A stretch of 64,000 nt of DNA from Caecitellus pseudoparvulus (taxonomy: Eukaryota > Protista > Bigyra: Bicosoecida). Below are positions 1-10,202 of this stretch, piece after piece (within the stretch, counting starts at the first letter, position 1; every line of letters begins with the position of its first letter). Under the pieces are notes generated by a model. It made no database searches. It was not told where the DNA came from and saw only the letters and a list, made by a program, of their open reading frames with translations. The position numbers were made by a program, and so were the translations under genes. The stretch is taken from NCBI GenBank assembly GCA_965644315.1, contig CBFFRQ010000055.1, positions 186,001 to 250,000 of the forward strand. The letters run 5' to 3'.

Positions 1-2215
1 CTGCTTCGAGCGTGTGGTATCGCCCTCCTTCCAGCTGGGCTTTAATCTTGCTCAAGTCCATCGGGCGCTTGATTACTGTGAAGTAGTCAGGGCAAGCGTG
101 CAGCACGGGGTCTACGGCAACGCTGAAGTACCCTCGGCTGTCGTCGTCAATCAGGCTCTTCACCGTGTCACGAAAGAGGGTGCGAATTCGAGAAGGCGAA
201 AAAAGCGGGTTGAATGACTTCAAACTCTGTTTGTGTTTCAGCATCGTTTCGTAGTCCAATTGGTACAGGTGACAGTAGTGGGAGTCAAGTTTGTTCTTCA
301 CGACTTTGTCGCCGCTGGGGACCGTTGCCGCCTCCATGGCTTGAGCAGATACGTCCGTCACAACGTACCTGCTTCGCCGCGCAACTTCTGCAGAGGTCAG
401 CAAGCTGTGAGTTTCAGCTCCGGCTTGCTGCTGCTGCTGCTGCTGCTGCTGAACAATTTGTGCAGGGGCGGGTGGGGCGGCGGGCAACGCCATGCCTTCA
501 GACCCCGCCGGAGGCCTTGGTCCTGACTGGGCGGTAGCGACCGTGGTGGACCTCAAAGCTGTGTTGGAAACGGGGTCACGGCCAGCGGGCACCTGGGTTG
601 GCGCCGAGAAGCCACTCCCACCTGTGGGAGCCATGGTGGGTTTCGAGCCGAAACTGTTGACCAGCTGCTGTGCGAACGCAAACGTGGGATCGGACGCCAT
701 CGCCGCTGGCTGCGAAGACCGGGAAGTTGCAGCAGATGCTGAGGAGAAAGCGCTCATGACACCCCCTGCCGCAGCCGTCACGGTTGCGGACACTGGTGCA
801 GGCGTTGCCTGCACTGACTGCCCAGACTGGCGAACAAGTTGCATGGCGATCATTTGCGCAGCATCCAACTGATTGTGCGGCTGCGGAGCGGGTGTTTGGA
901 CAGCAGAAATCGCCCTTTGTGGCGCCGGCACCCGTGCCGCGGCGGCCTGAGCCGGCAAATGAGCTGCAACTTGAGGGCCCCCGCCGGCCATTTGCCTCGA
1001 GGCAGATGTGCGAGCCCTTAGGTCTGTGATGCGCTTCGTATTTTCTCGAGTGGGTGCGCACACCACGCAGTTGTCCAGAGAGCACCTCCGGTAGTGCGCC
1101 AAAATGTTGCGGGAAGGAGCGCAAGCTGGGTAGCTGCAGTCCTTCAGCGTGCAAGTGCGTACATGCATCAGCAGTTGCATGTACTCATGGTCGTCCTTCA
1201 ACATGGCATGCGTAGCCAGCCTGTCCAGCTCGTTGGCCAAGCACCGCAAGCGTTCCGCTCGTGCCTGCCCTTGCCGATGCCTAATGTCTTCTTCCCACAG
1301 AGTTCTGCACACTCCTGGGGGAGGCGGTCCAGAGGCTGGAGCCCGCATGATGCCTGGCATCAACTCTTCAATCATGTCAGCGGCAGAGCGCCGCGTGCTG
1401 TGTACTGGCTGCTGACTGATCCCTGCCGATGACCAAGATGCACCCGCTCCAGCACTGCTTAAGACAGGTTGTGCCGCGCTGTGCACCGCACTGTGCACCG
1501 CGCTCGGCCTGCTATCCCTAGCAGCGGACATCGCCCCCTCGCTGCCGGCCAACAGCGGGTTCACGGCAGACATATCAACCATCCTAGATGAAGCTGACAC
1601 CCCTGGTGCTGATGAAGCACTTCGCATGCTTCCAACTGGGGGCTTTTGCTGGGAGCTCCGGTGTGCCGAGTTTCCTGGCTGTGGTGGCATCGGCGTGGGG
1701 CGGATGCAGTGCAAAGAGCAGCCATGGCGCGTATGCCAGCAGGAGACTCACCCTGGCAATGAGCAGTTGGTTCTTGTGCTGGACTAGGTATTGAAGACGG
1801 GTGAGGTTGCGGTGTCTGTCCGTGTAGTCCTCCTGAAAACAAGTGGACCAGGGTGGGTGCACAGGCAGTCAAGCTGCGCCAGTTCTGCAGGACCGCCCAA
1901 CTCACGAATGAGCTGGTGCGGTAGTACAAGTGCCGCTCAAAGTAGGTGGCAGCAATATTTATAGTGGCTTGCTCCCATGAGGGTGACAATCTTCGCAGCA
2001 AAGGCTTCCTGAGGTGTCGTGAGGGGGGCGAGGTAGGCGGCGTGCTAGCGAGCGGGGTTTGGCGGACACATGCACAGCGTATTCATGGCCTGTGGCACGC
2101 ACAAACTCTCACGCATCTGCACCCTGGACCGAAAATACCTTGCTCGATCATGCCAAGATTGAGGTGGCAGGTCGACAGGATCAGACACCGCGATCAACCC
2201 GTGCCTTGCCTCCAT
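1..2215 (-). CDS. CBP/p300-like histone acetyltransferase, 5' part (KIX-like, TAZ zinc finger, bromodomain); runs off the left window edge
   Basis: Manual minus-strand translation (largely missing from the ORF track). KIX-like segment WHDRARYF...FERHLYYRTSSF|EDYTD joined across a GTGAGT..TTTTCAG intron; TAZ finger HVRTCTLKDCSYPAC...LAHYRRCSLDNCVVC (~1060-1165); bromodomain FSVAVDPVLHACPDYFTVIKRPMDLSKIKAQLE (~30-130). Confidence 0.8.
428..451 (-). repeat. (CAG)8 microsatellite encoding poly-Q in the CBP-like protein
   Basis: ctg x8 on the + strand, in frame as Gln codons on the - strand. Confidence 0.9.
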
Positions 2216-2419
2216 GATCACGGTGGGGTGGTGGATGGTGTCCCTGACGGGTTGTTGGCAGGCTGAATACGCTGGTGCAGTCCTGGCTTGCACTTCCAAA
2301 CAAGCTGCGGCCACACAGTACCAAGAAGGGCTTCTTTCAGAGATGGGCGCCAAACCAGACAGTGGCGTGCCGCTAATCCTCCTGATTCTTCACGGGCAGT
2401 GTGTGAGAACTGGGTTGAT

Positions 2420-2429
2420 CAATTTCCGC
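2420..2429. promoter_or_regulatory. CAATTTCCGC motif, ~205 nt upstream of the CBP-like start
   Basis: Exact copy of a 10-mer that recurs at gene 5' ends. Confidence 0.55.
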
Positions 2430-2646
2430 TGAACGGCCGGCTTCAAAACTAGGACACAGCCTGCTTTTCAGAGCTTGTCTGGCCGTGTGGCAATCAAAAT
2501 GCCTTGCCTGGCATGGATGCCGCCAGATCGTCGTGTATTTTGAACACTTGGCGACATGGTTTGCAGCTCACGTCGGCCCTGCCTCAAGAGTGGCAGCGCC
2601 GACGTGAGCTCTCCTGACCGGCGGACGGTGCGCTTGGCAGTGAGAG

Positions 2647-3865
2647 CTAGGAGCCCGCTGCGTCACTAACAGGCATACTCCTGAGCCCTCCCTCAGTGAA
2701 ATGCGTGGCTGTGGAAGCGCCCCGCAGCGGGTTCCCCACAACCATCGCGATTCCAACAAGGCAGACTGAAAGGCCAGCAACTTGGCCCAAAATGACTGCC
2801 CTGCCATCGCCAAGCGAGTCTCGCAGGAATACTCTCCCAAAGACCACCCCTGTAATGAGCAGCATCGCCTGAAACACTGGCACCACCACCTTAACATCGC
2901 ACCTTCTGAGCGCAGAGTTGAGGTACCCTATTTGAGCAGTGAGACATCCTACGAGCGCAGCGGCAAAGACCCACACAGCTGGGCGCTCGAGATCTCCAGG
3001 CTGCCGTGCCGCGGCAACGTGCAAGATACACTTGAGGCTCAATCCGGTGCAGCCCTGGAACATGCCAGCAGCCACAGTCCTCAAGCAAGCGTTTACGACG
3101 GCAGTTCGGTCTGCTTGCTGGGTCACCGCGACAATCGGGACATGGCGCCAATGAATAGCAAGAAGCACGAAAACAAAGCAAATACACAGAATGAGACCAC
3201 TCGCCAATGCCTCCGGCCGAAAGAGCAGGCTCAGCACATCATGAAGCTGCAGAGGTGGCGCTTCATTGGCTGCACCTGCCTTGGACAGGACTGTCAAAAG
3301 TGTCCCCACCCCAACGACAACTGTGCCGATGGTTTCTTGCCGTGAAAATCGCTCGCCAAGTAGTTTCTGGGCTGTCAGCGAGTTCCACACGAGTGTCAAT
3401 GCTGCAAACGGGGCGCTCTCAGACTGCGAAAGGTAACTCAGCTGCACCACGTTCAATGCAGCACCAGCGACCATGAGAAGCATCCCCAACAAAAAAAGGG
3501 GGCGACAAAAGTAGTTTGAGGTGTCTGCGTTTGGTCCTTTAGTGCTCTCTGCGACGGGAAGTCGTCCCTCGTTCGGAGGGGAGGCACTTGGGCAGAAAGG
3601 AGGAGAATGTGACTTGGGCACGCTGGGCTTCTGTAGAGGAGCACAGGGGAAGGGTTCCGTCCCAAGCAGTAAGCAAGAAAATACGGTGTTGTGGCAGGAG
3701 GTACCTGCGCAAGTCTCTGCGAAACAGAGAAGCGCGCCAGTGTTGTCGAGCAGCACATTGAATGGAGGGCAGCAATTTCCGCACCTGCAAGCCCATAGCC
3801 AAGGCGCTGCAGAGCGTTCCGGTCACGCCACACCCCAGCCCAGCAAGATACCCATGATGGCTCAT
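2647..3865 (-). CDS. NIPA-family magnesium transporter (DMT superfamily), spliced
   Basis: Exon 1 GYLAGLGCGVTGTLCSALAMGLQ; main exon LFLLGMLLMVAGAALNVVQLSY..APFAALTLVWNSL..LLGERF and QIGYLNSALRRCDVKVVVPVFQ, typical of NIPA proteins. Confidence 0.85.
3773..3782. promoter_or_regulatory. CAATTTCCGC motif in the first intron of the NIPA gene
   Basis: Exact 10-mer copy. Confidence 0.5.
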
Positions 3866-4298
3866 AGTCACAGTAAAGGCAAGAAGCACGGAAAACCTGC
3901 AAGCCGTTCAATCTTTGGCTCTCCAGCGAAGGGCCAGCCACCACACCTCTTGAACTGGCTTCAATCGGCCTTGCCCCAGCTCGCTCACACTACCACAACA
4001 CAGGGTGAAAAGCGGAGAGCTTGGTGAACTAAAGTGTGTCTCGCTAGGATTGGGGAACTACCACACTCGGGTTTTGTGGTTTCAGGGAGGCCCTGCAGCC
4101 AGGCACGCGAGCGCTAGCAGGGAACTCAACAAGCCAACAAAATCCACAACTCGCGTTGCCGCCACGAGCAGCGGATCTCACACGCCCACTCCCAACGAGC
4201 TTGCAATTCTCGGTGCTGAAACCAGGGTGTGACCCTGTCAGAAACGCCCACTCAGCCAGCGGTGGTACATCCACGACTCTGACCACACAGAAGGGAGC

Positions 4299-6129
4299 AT
4301 GGCTGCCGAGGCCAAAAAGGATGTCGAGACCCCAGCAAAGGTCCCAAACGAAGTGCTTGGGGTGGGCGTATCCCTGGCACGCAAGCGCACGCTGCAGCTG
4401 TGAGGCAGGAAGCCGCGAAACGCCCGCAGGCCCGCGCCCGTGCATAGTCCCCGCTCTTGCCTTTGGACCACAGCACGGAGGAGAAGAAAGCCCTGCTTGC
4501 ACTTTCAGGCCAGCTTCAGAGCCAAGTGGTAGACTTGCAAGACGGTCAGGTGCGTTCTTTTGCGGAAACAGCGGCAAGCACGGTCTGCAGTAGGCTCCTG
4601 GACATGCCCGTAGGTGGAGGTGTATGCATCCATGTCGAAGAAACTGGATCTGGCGCGAGCTGAGATAGCTAAGCAGGAAGCAAGAGCTGCAGAACTAGCT
4701 ACTGAGGTGGAACTTGTTCAGTCTAAACAAGAGATGGCAATAGCAGCGGCGGTGGCGGAATCCGAGGGTGTGACTCAAGAGCTAGCGGTGAGGAAGCTTG
4801 ACGCTGGCAGGGCACCAGAAGCCGTGCAGCACCGCCTCCTATATGCCACAGAAGCAACTAAAGGCAGCTAAGGAGGAGCTTGATCGTGTGGAGGACTTCA
4901 GGCAGCAGCGAGAGAGCGTACTTGCCGAGCTAGCCGAGCACAAAGCCACCATTCAGCAAATGGAAGTAGATCAAAAGCTTGCATTGCAGGACATCGAGAG
5001 GAAAAACCTCGCAGAGAGACAGCACATCAAGACCACCATGTATAACCGCATGCTTGCTACAAAAGAAGAGATCATCCGTGAAATGGTCAACGGTGTCGAC
5101 GACACCGTTCGGCGCACAATGGCTGAAAATGAGCACATGACCACCGAATTGGCATACCAGAGTAGACGGGCTGAAGAAGTCATCCTAGCAAATAAAGAGC
5201 TCGAGTCAACCTGCTCGAAGCTCCGAGGCGAGAACAGCATGCTGGAGCAGCAGGTCCAAGAGCTGGTGAAGCGGGCCCGCCTTCTGCAACGCATGCTACA
5301 CGACAAGGCAGACTCTCCCACTAAGGCAGTGCCAGCACACAGGACAGGGTTGGCAAGCCGGGATGACATACAGTCGTCTCATGAAGGACACCAGCAAGAC
5401 GTGCAGGCAGGGGCAGCAACTGCAGACCTCATGCTTGCCCCTGGTCCTGATCCGTATGGGGCGGCGGCCCCAGAGACTCCAGCGGCCTGCTCTGAGGCAT
5501 CGAGGAACCACGAGCCATCCTCAAGAAGCAAGACACGGAAGACTTCGCAGGCAAAACCCGGGGCACGTGCAACAATGCCAGCTCGCAAGTCCAAGGTGGT
5601 CCCCGAGGCACTAGTGGAAGCCAATAAAATACTTCGCAAGCGCTTGGGCGACGCCCAAGCTCGGTCCGCAAGCCTTGAACGAGAGCTGCATGAACTTCGA
5701 AAGCAGCACACTAGACGACTAGGTCATGACGATGAGGTGTCTCAGTTCTTAAGGAGGGGCGCAGCAGAGGCACTGGCTGCAGCCGAGCAGCTGATACTGT
5801 CCGAGGGTAGGCAGACTGGGAAAAATAGCTCATCAACTGACGCTGAAAGGGACAAAACTGCCCTTGTCATGTTGGCCCACAAGCTCCAAGTGTTTCAAGA
5901 GAAAGAGGATGCTCGTCGTGCAGCTCTCGCGGGTGGCGGAAGCCAGCCCACCACTCCAGCAAGCAAGCAGCGACGGCGGCGGCCTGAACCCTCACCGTTG
6001 CCAAAGTTGCAAGGCTCTATAACAGGTCATGGGCCGGGCTTGATTGCCTCTTTATCTTCCATCTCAATGGCCTCCCTTGGGGTGGGGGTGAGCTTGCAAT
6101 CCGCAGCTGACCCGCCGCCAGGGACTTGA
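4299..6129 (+). CDS. CFAP157: Cilia/flagella-associated coiled-coil protein, CFAP157-like, spliced
   Basis: Long coiled coil containing DDTVRRTMAENEHMTTELAYQSRRAEEV; short 5' exons (MAAEAKKDVETP..., EEKALLALQASFR...). Confidence 0.65.
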
Positions 6130-6975
6130 ACCTTGTCAGGGCGCGCAGGGGAGAGAGGAATTTTGACAGAATACACAGCCTTTTGTCCGGGGGTTTCTTG
6201 GACACCCACAGCAATGTGGCATACTTTGTGCTCAGAAAGCATGTCCATTCCTAGGGTCGAGATAAGCTTCTCGCTCTGCGAGACAGGCGGTGCCGGTGTG
6301 AGCCAGGCGGGACCGCAGGTGGCTGCAGCAGCGGGAGCTCGCACCAGAAGGCGTGCCAGGTGCTCAACAGAGACACTCGCAATAGGAAGAACCCGGACGT
6401 CGGCTTCGGGAAATAAAAATGCACTTCCGTCCGAAGCCAGCACCAGCAATGACGGTGGCAGGGCGACCCCAGGCACCTGCTGCGAAAGCTCGGACTGCAA
6501 TCCAGCCAATGAACACAAGGACTTCACCTGTGAGCGCACCCTTGACGTGGCGAAGAATGGTGAGCAAGCAGGGGCAAGCGCTTAGGCGTACCTGCACATG
6601 CGGGGAGAGCCCTGGAAGCAGGGTGACTTCGTCCCACTCTTTGCACAGTCCCCGTACAGCCTTCTTGACCACGCTGAAGTCCACGACGTAGCCTTCTTCA
6701 CCCACAGAGCCGCTCAGGTCCACCTAAGAATACCAAGCAGTTGCGTAGCGGTGGGTAAGGCCTTTCCTGAGCAAGCTGGCGGCACCGGGTGCCTGCCAAA
6801 CCCGCACACTCACGGACACCTGGTAGTTATGTCCATGCAGGCGCTCCCGCGTGCCGTCCCCAAACACCATGAAGTGGGCTGCATTGAACTTGAAGTCCGA
6901 CTTAGCGATGGATAGCGAAAATGTTCCTTCCATCGCCTTGACATCCTTCGACGGCTCCTCCTGGCGATGGGCCAT
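6027..6975 (-). CDS. 6-pyruvoyl-tetrahydropterin synthase family protein, PTPS-III type, spliced
   Basis: KSDFKFNAAHF...RERLHGHNYQV, GYVVDFSVVKKAVRGLCKEWDEVTLLP, VEHLA and QETPGQKAVY motifs across several exons. Confidence 0.9.
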
Positions 6976-7002
6976 AGAGTGCAAGTGTTGTCGTGCGAGT
7001 TC

Positions 7003-7012
7003 CAATTTCCGC
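7003..7012. promoter_or_regulatory. CAATTTCCGC motif, ~28 nt upstream of the PTPS ATG in a divergent intergenic region
   Basis: Exact 10-mer copy. Confidence 0.55.
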
Positions 7013-7441
7013 CTCACCAGGCGCAGCAGAGAGGAATGCCCAAGATCGGGCGTGTCTTGCAGCGCATGAAGTGGACCCCGTGGACTGGCGTGCAGAAAGT
7101 GAGATTGGAGCCAGTGTCGTTGCTGGGGGTAACTTGCCTCAGACCTCCCAGCAGGCCCCCCACCGCACCAATGCCGCAGCCGGCACCAATCCACGCTGTA
7201 CAATCACGCTGCCAAAACGTGACCCCCTGGACAGGAAAGAGGCAGCTGGGTGCATGATCACATACTTCCTCCCTCGCATACTTTCCTCAGCGGCTTCGGA
7301 GTGCTGTGCTTGCGCTGCTCGGCTCCTGAGCCTGGCACCTGCGCAGGGTCATTGGTTTGAAACGCTCCGGACGCTGCCGCCAGACAGGCGAGCTGTCCTC
7401 GTGAGCCCACCAAAAGAGGGGAAAGCTAGGGTGCTCTACAC

Positions 7442-10202
7442 ATGGAAGCAAGCATCTCGGACTTTCAGTCCCCTAGCGGTGGCGCGAAGGGGGCCTGCCA
7501 CGCAAGCCCGCTTCTGGCTCAGGACAGGAACTTCGCCGCCAGCCACCCACCGGCTCTGCAGAGCTCCAAACTGGCGAGCCTAGCATCACCTGATGGGGAG
7601 CAAACCTCAAAGGTGCCCTCAAGCACAGGTAGGATGAGAGTTGCTCCCTGTACACGCTGGCGTGCGGCATGCAAGTTGGCCGCCCTCATCGCAGCCTTGC
7701 ACAGAGCTGCAACTGGCATGCGCATCGGCCCACAGTTTCAGGCTCACTCCATCCCTACCTGCAAAGTTATCGAATACGACTTGCAAAGTGCGCCTTGCAC
7801 TCAGAGGGGCGGCACCCCTATCCCGGACGGAGAGCTGCTTCTGCAAAGTGGACACACGTTGAGCGAAACGCAGGTCACAAGCCTACTAGTTGAACTGCAC
7901 AAGTAAGTCGCTGCACCATGATGCGGCAGAAAAAAGCTTCAAAGTAGACTCCCCACCGTGCAGGTCGGGAACCAAGCCGTTTGCCTCGTCAGCAGCAACC
8001 TTGCAAGGCATGAGCACGGGCGCCGTCATTCGATGGTATTACTCCAGCAAGCACACTCTCGCCCAAAAGGCGAAGTGTACATCTGGAGTGTGTGATGCTT
8101 GCCAACGCTCTCTTGCGCCAGTGAATCAATGCGACACGAAGGCCCCCAGGGGCACCCCACCACTGGATGCCCAGTGTGAGGAAGGAGCACTTCCCGTCAC
8201 GCACAGGACTTGCCAGCCATTAACGTGGGAGAGTCTCTTCACCGGAGAGGAGGTGTCGACAAGCCATAATGAGGCATCCGAGACCTTCACTCGGCCAACT
8301 ACATTGCGAGTCCACTGCCTAGAGCTTGCACAGGAGCCTGCCGAGCAGAAGGAGGCATATGTGAGCGAGGGTATGCAACCCGCAGCACCTCGACGTCAGC
8401 GAGCACAGCCGATGGCAAACAGAGCGGCGGTAGACGAGCTTCGCGGGCTGCTCGTCAGCAACACCACGGCAAGAACAAAGACTGGGGTGCTTAAACGCCT
8501 TCCTTCTTCGGCGGAAGCGCGCCTCCGCAGCCTGCTCCAAGAGGGTGACATCATTACATACCGATCATCAGCATTCAAGGCAGTGTTCAAGGCCGCCCCC
8601 GCCCGGTTTCACTGCAGGTCAGAGTGTTGCAAAGACTCAGACGCGGCTACCGACATGACGTTGAACCAACTCGAACGTCATTGGGGTCGAGGCAAGGCTC
8701 GAAAAGCTTGGCAGAACATGCTGCTGGTGTCGCGAGCGCCGGGAACAGGGAAGCTACCCTCACTTTGGGACCTGGACCGAAAGAAGCATGGAGCCACAAA
8801 GGGTGAGAAGGTCCTCGCGCACATGTTGGTCCCAGGCAGAGCCCCTGAACAAGCTCTCGCGCATACTCCGGTTGCCGTGCCACCCAGCGAATCGGGTGAC
8901 TGGCGAAAAGTGCGCGTGCGCTTCCAAGCGAGAGACCCCACCAACGTGGGTCGCAAGGATAGCCAAGCTCTTAAAATACCTCGATGGATTTGCTCCATGC
9001 CTGGGTGCAGGGCGTGCATTTGCAGAGACTGCAGGGGACGTCGCGAGGCGGGCTCCTTTCGGAGGCACTTTTGGCTGTGCAGTGCTTGCCGCCAAGCACA
9101 TGGTCTGCCTCTTCACACACGGGAGACACAGGGAGCAGTGGGCGGGGTGACCCGCTCAAGGCGTGTGACGTACGCACCTGCCCGCTTCGAAGATTGGATT
9201 GAGCAACACGAAGCTGTCACTGGTGTGAGGCGCCGCTCGGCAGAGGCGCACCGGCCCGCCGCAAAACCCCCCAAGGACGTGGCTCCATCGGAGATAAACA
9301 GAGCGAACCCTCTCTCTACGGAAACACGATGGCCTGGAGATCAGGTAGCCCATATACCCGCACAAGCAAAGCCACACAATTCTGTCGCAGAGGAGAAAGC
9401 GCGCCCCTCGGACGTGAATCCAGCCGATGCAGGCCAGGAAGACACTCACCCCGAGGAGGGCGCAGCGGCACTGACGAAAGCATTCTCTGACCAGAGCACA
9501 CCTCGTGGTGACGGAAAGAAGCAACGCAAACGAAGGCGCAAAGAGCTGCCAGCCCACTTGCACGGTGGAGATGCAGTGCTGCCAAAGTGGACCAGCAAGG
9601 GCCCAGGTCAGTTGACTTGGCTTCCAACCATCGACACAATTGAGCGCAGCCCGAAAAGCCAGCGCATCGGGCTGCTTCCCATGGATCTCTTGCTTAACCC
9701 TTTCGCTGGAGAATCACCATCTGTTGACCCCGAGGACTCCCCGGCAGTCTTGCCGATGAGGCACCTGCAGGAGCGACGTACAGCTAGCAAACCTACCGAA
9801 CGAGCCTTGCCAACGAGCAACGCTGGCCGGGAACAAGCCCGAAACGTACGGACAATTACGTTTTCCCTCGCAGGCTACACCAAAGCACGAGCAAGCGTTT
9901 CGAATACTGCGCGTGGCCGAAAGGAGGATACACAGAGAGTGGTTTGGGATGTCGTGGAGAGCGTACAGGACTGCCACGCATCGCGCCGACCATCCTGGCA
10001 GGGGCACACCCACCATCGCGCTTTCGCTCGAATGCCGATGGTAAGGACAAAGGAGGGCCCACAACTGCTGACACCGTCGAATGCTTGGCGCTGGGCTGAC
10101 TATGGTGGGGGTGAAGCAATGACAGCCTTCATACGGCTGGACATCCAAGGCGGTGCAGCGAAGGCCCTGCATGCAACCTCTCAGGACACCGTCACAGTCT
10201 GA
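7442..10202 (+). CDS. Putative chromatin regulator: ELM2-like, SANT-like remnant, TDBD/SAND-like domain and partial PHD-type finger; start and introns uncertain
   Basis: MRIGPQFQAHSIP (ELM2 start); GAVIRWYYSSKHT; LQEGDIITY..FHCRSECC..MTLNQLERHWGRGKARKAWQNM; CSMPGCRACICRDC..WLCSAC. Confidence 0.55.

Noticed and set aside
6364-7203. PTPS as a frameshifted pseudogene split across three ORFs
   Set aside because: The frame changes coincide with plausible GT-AG introns and the catalytic motifs are intact.
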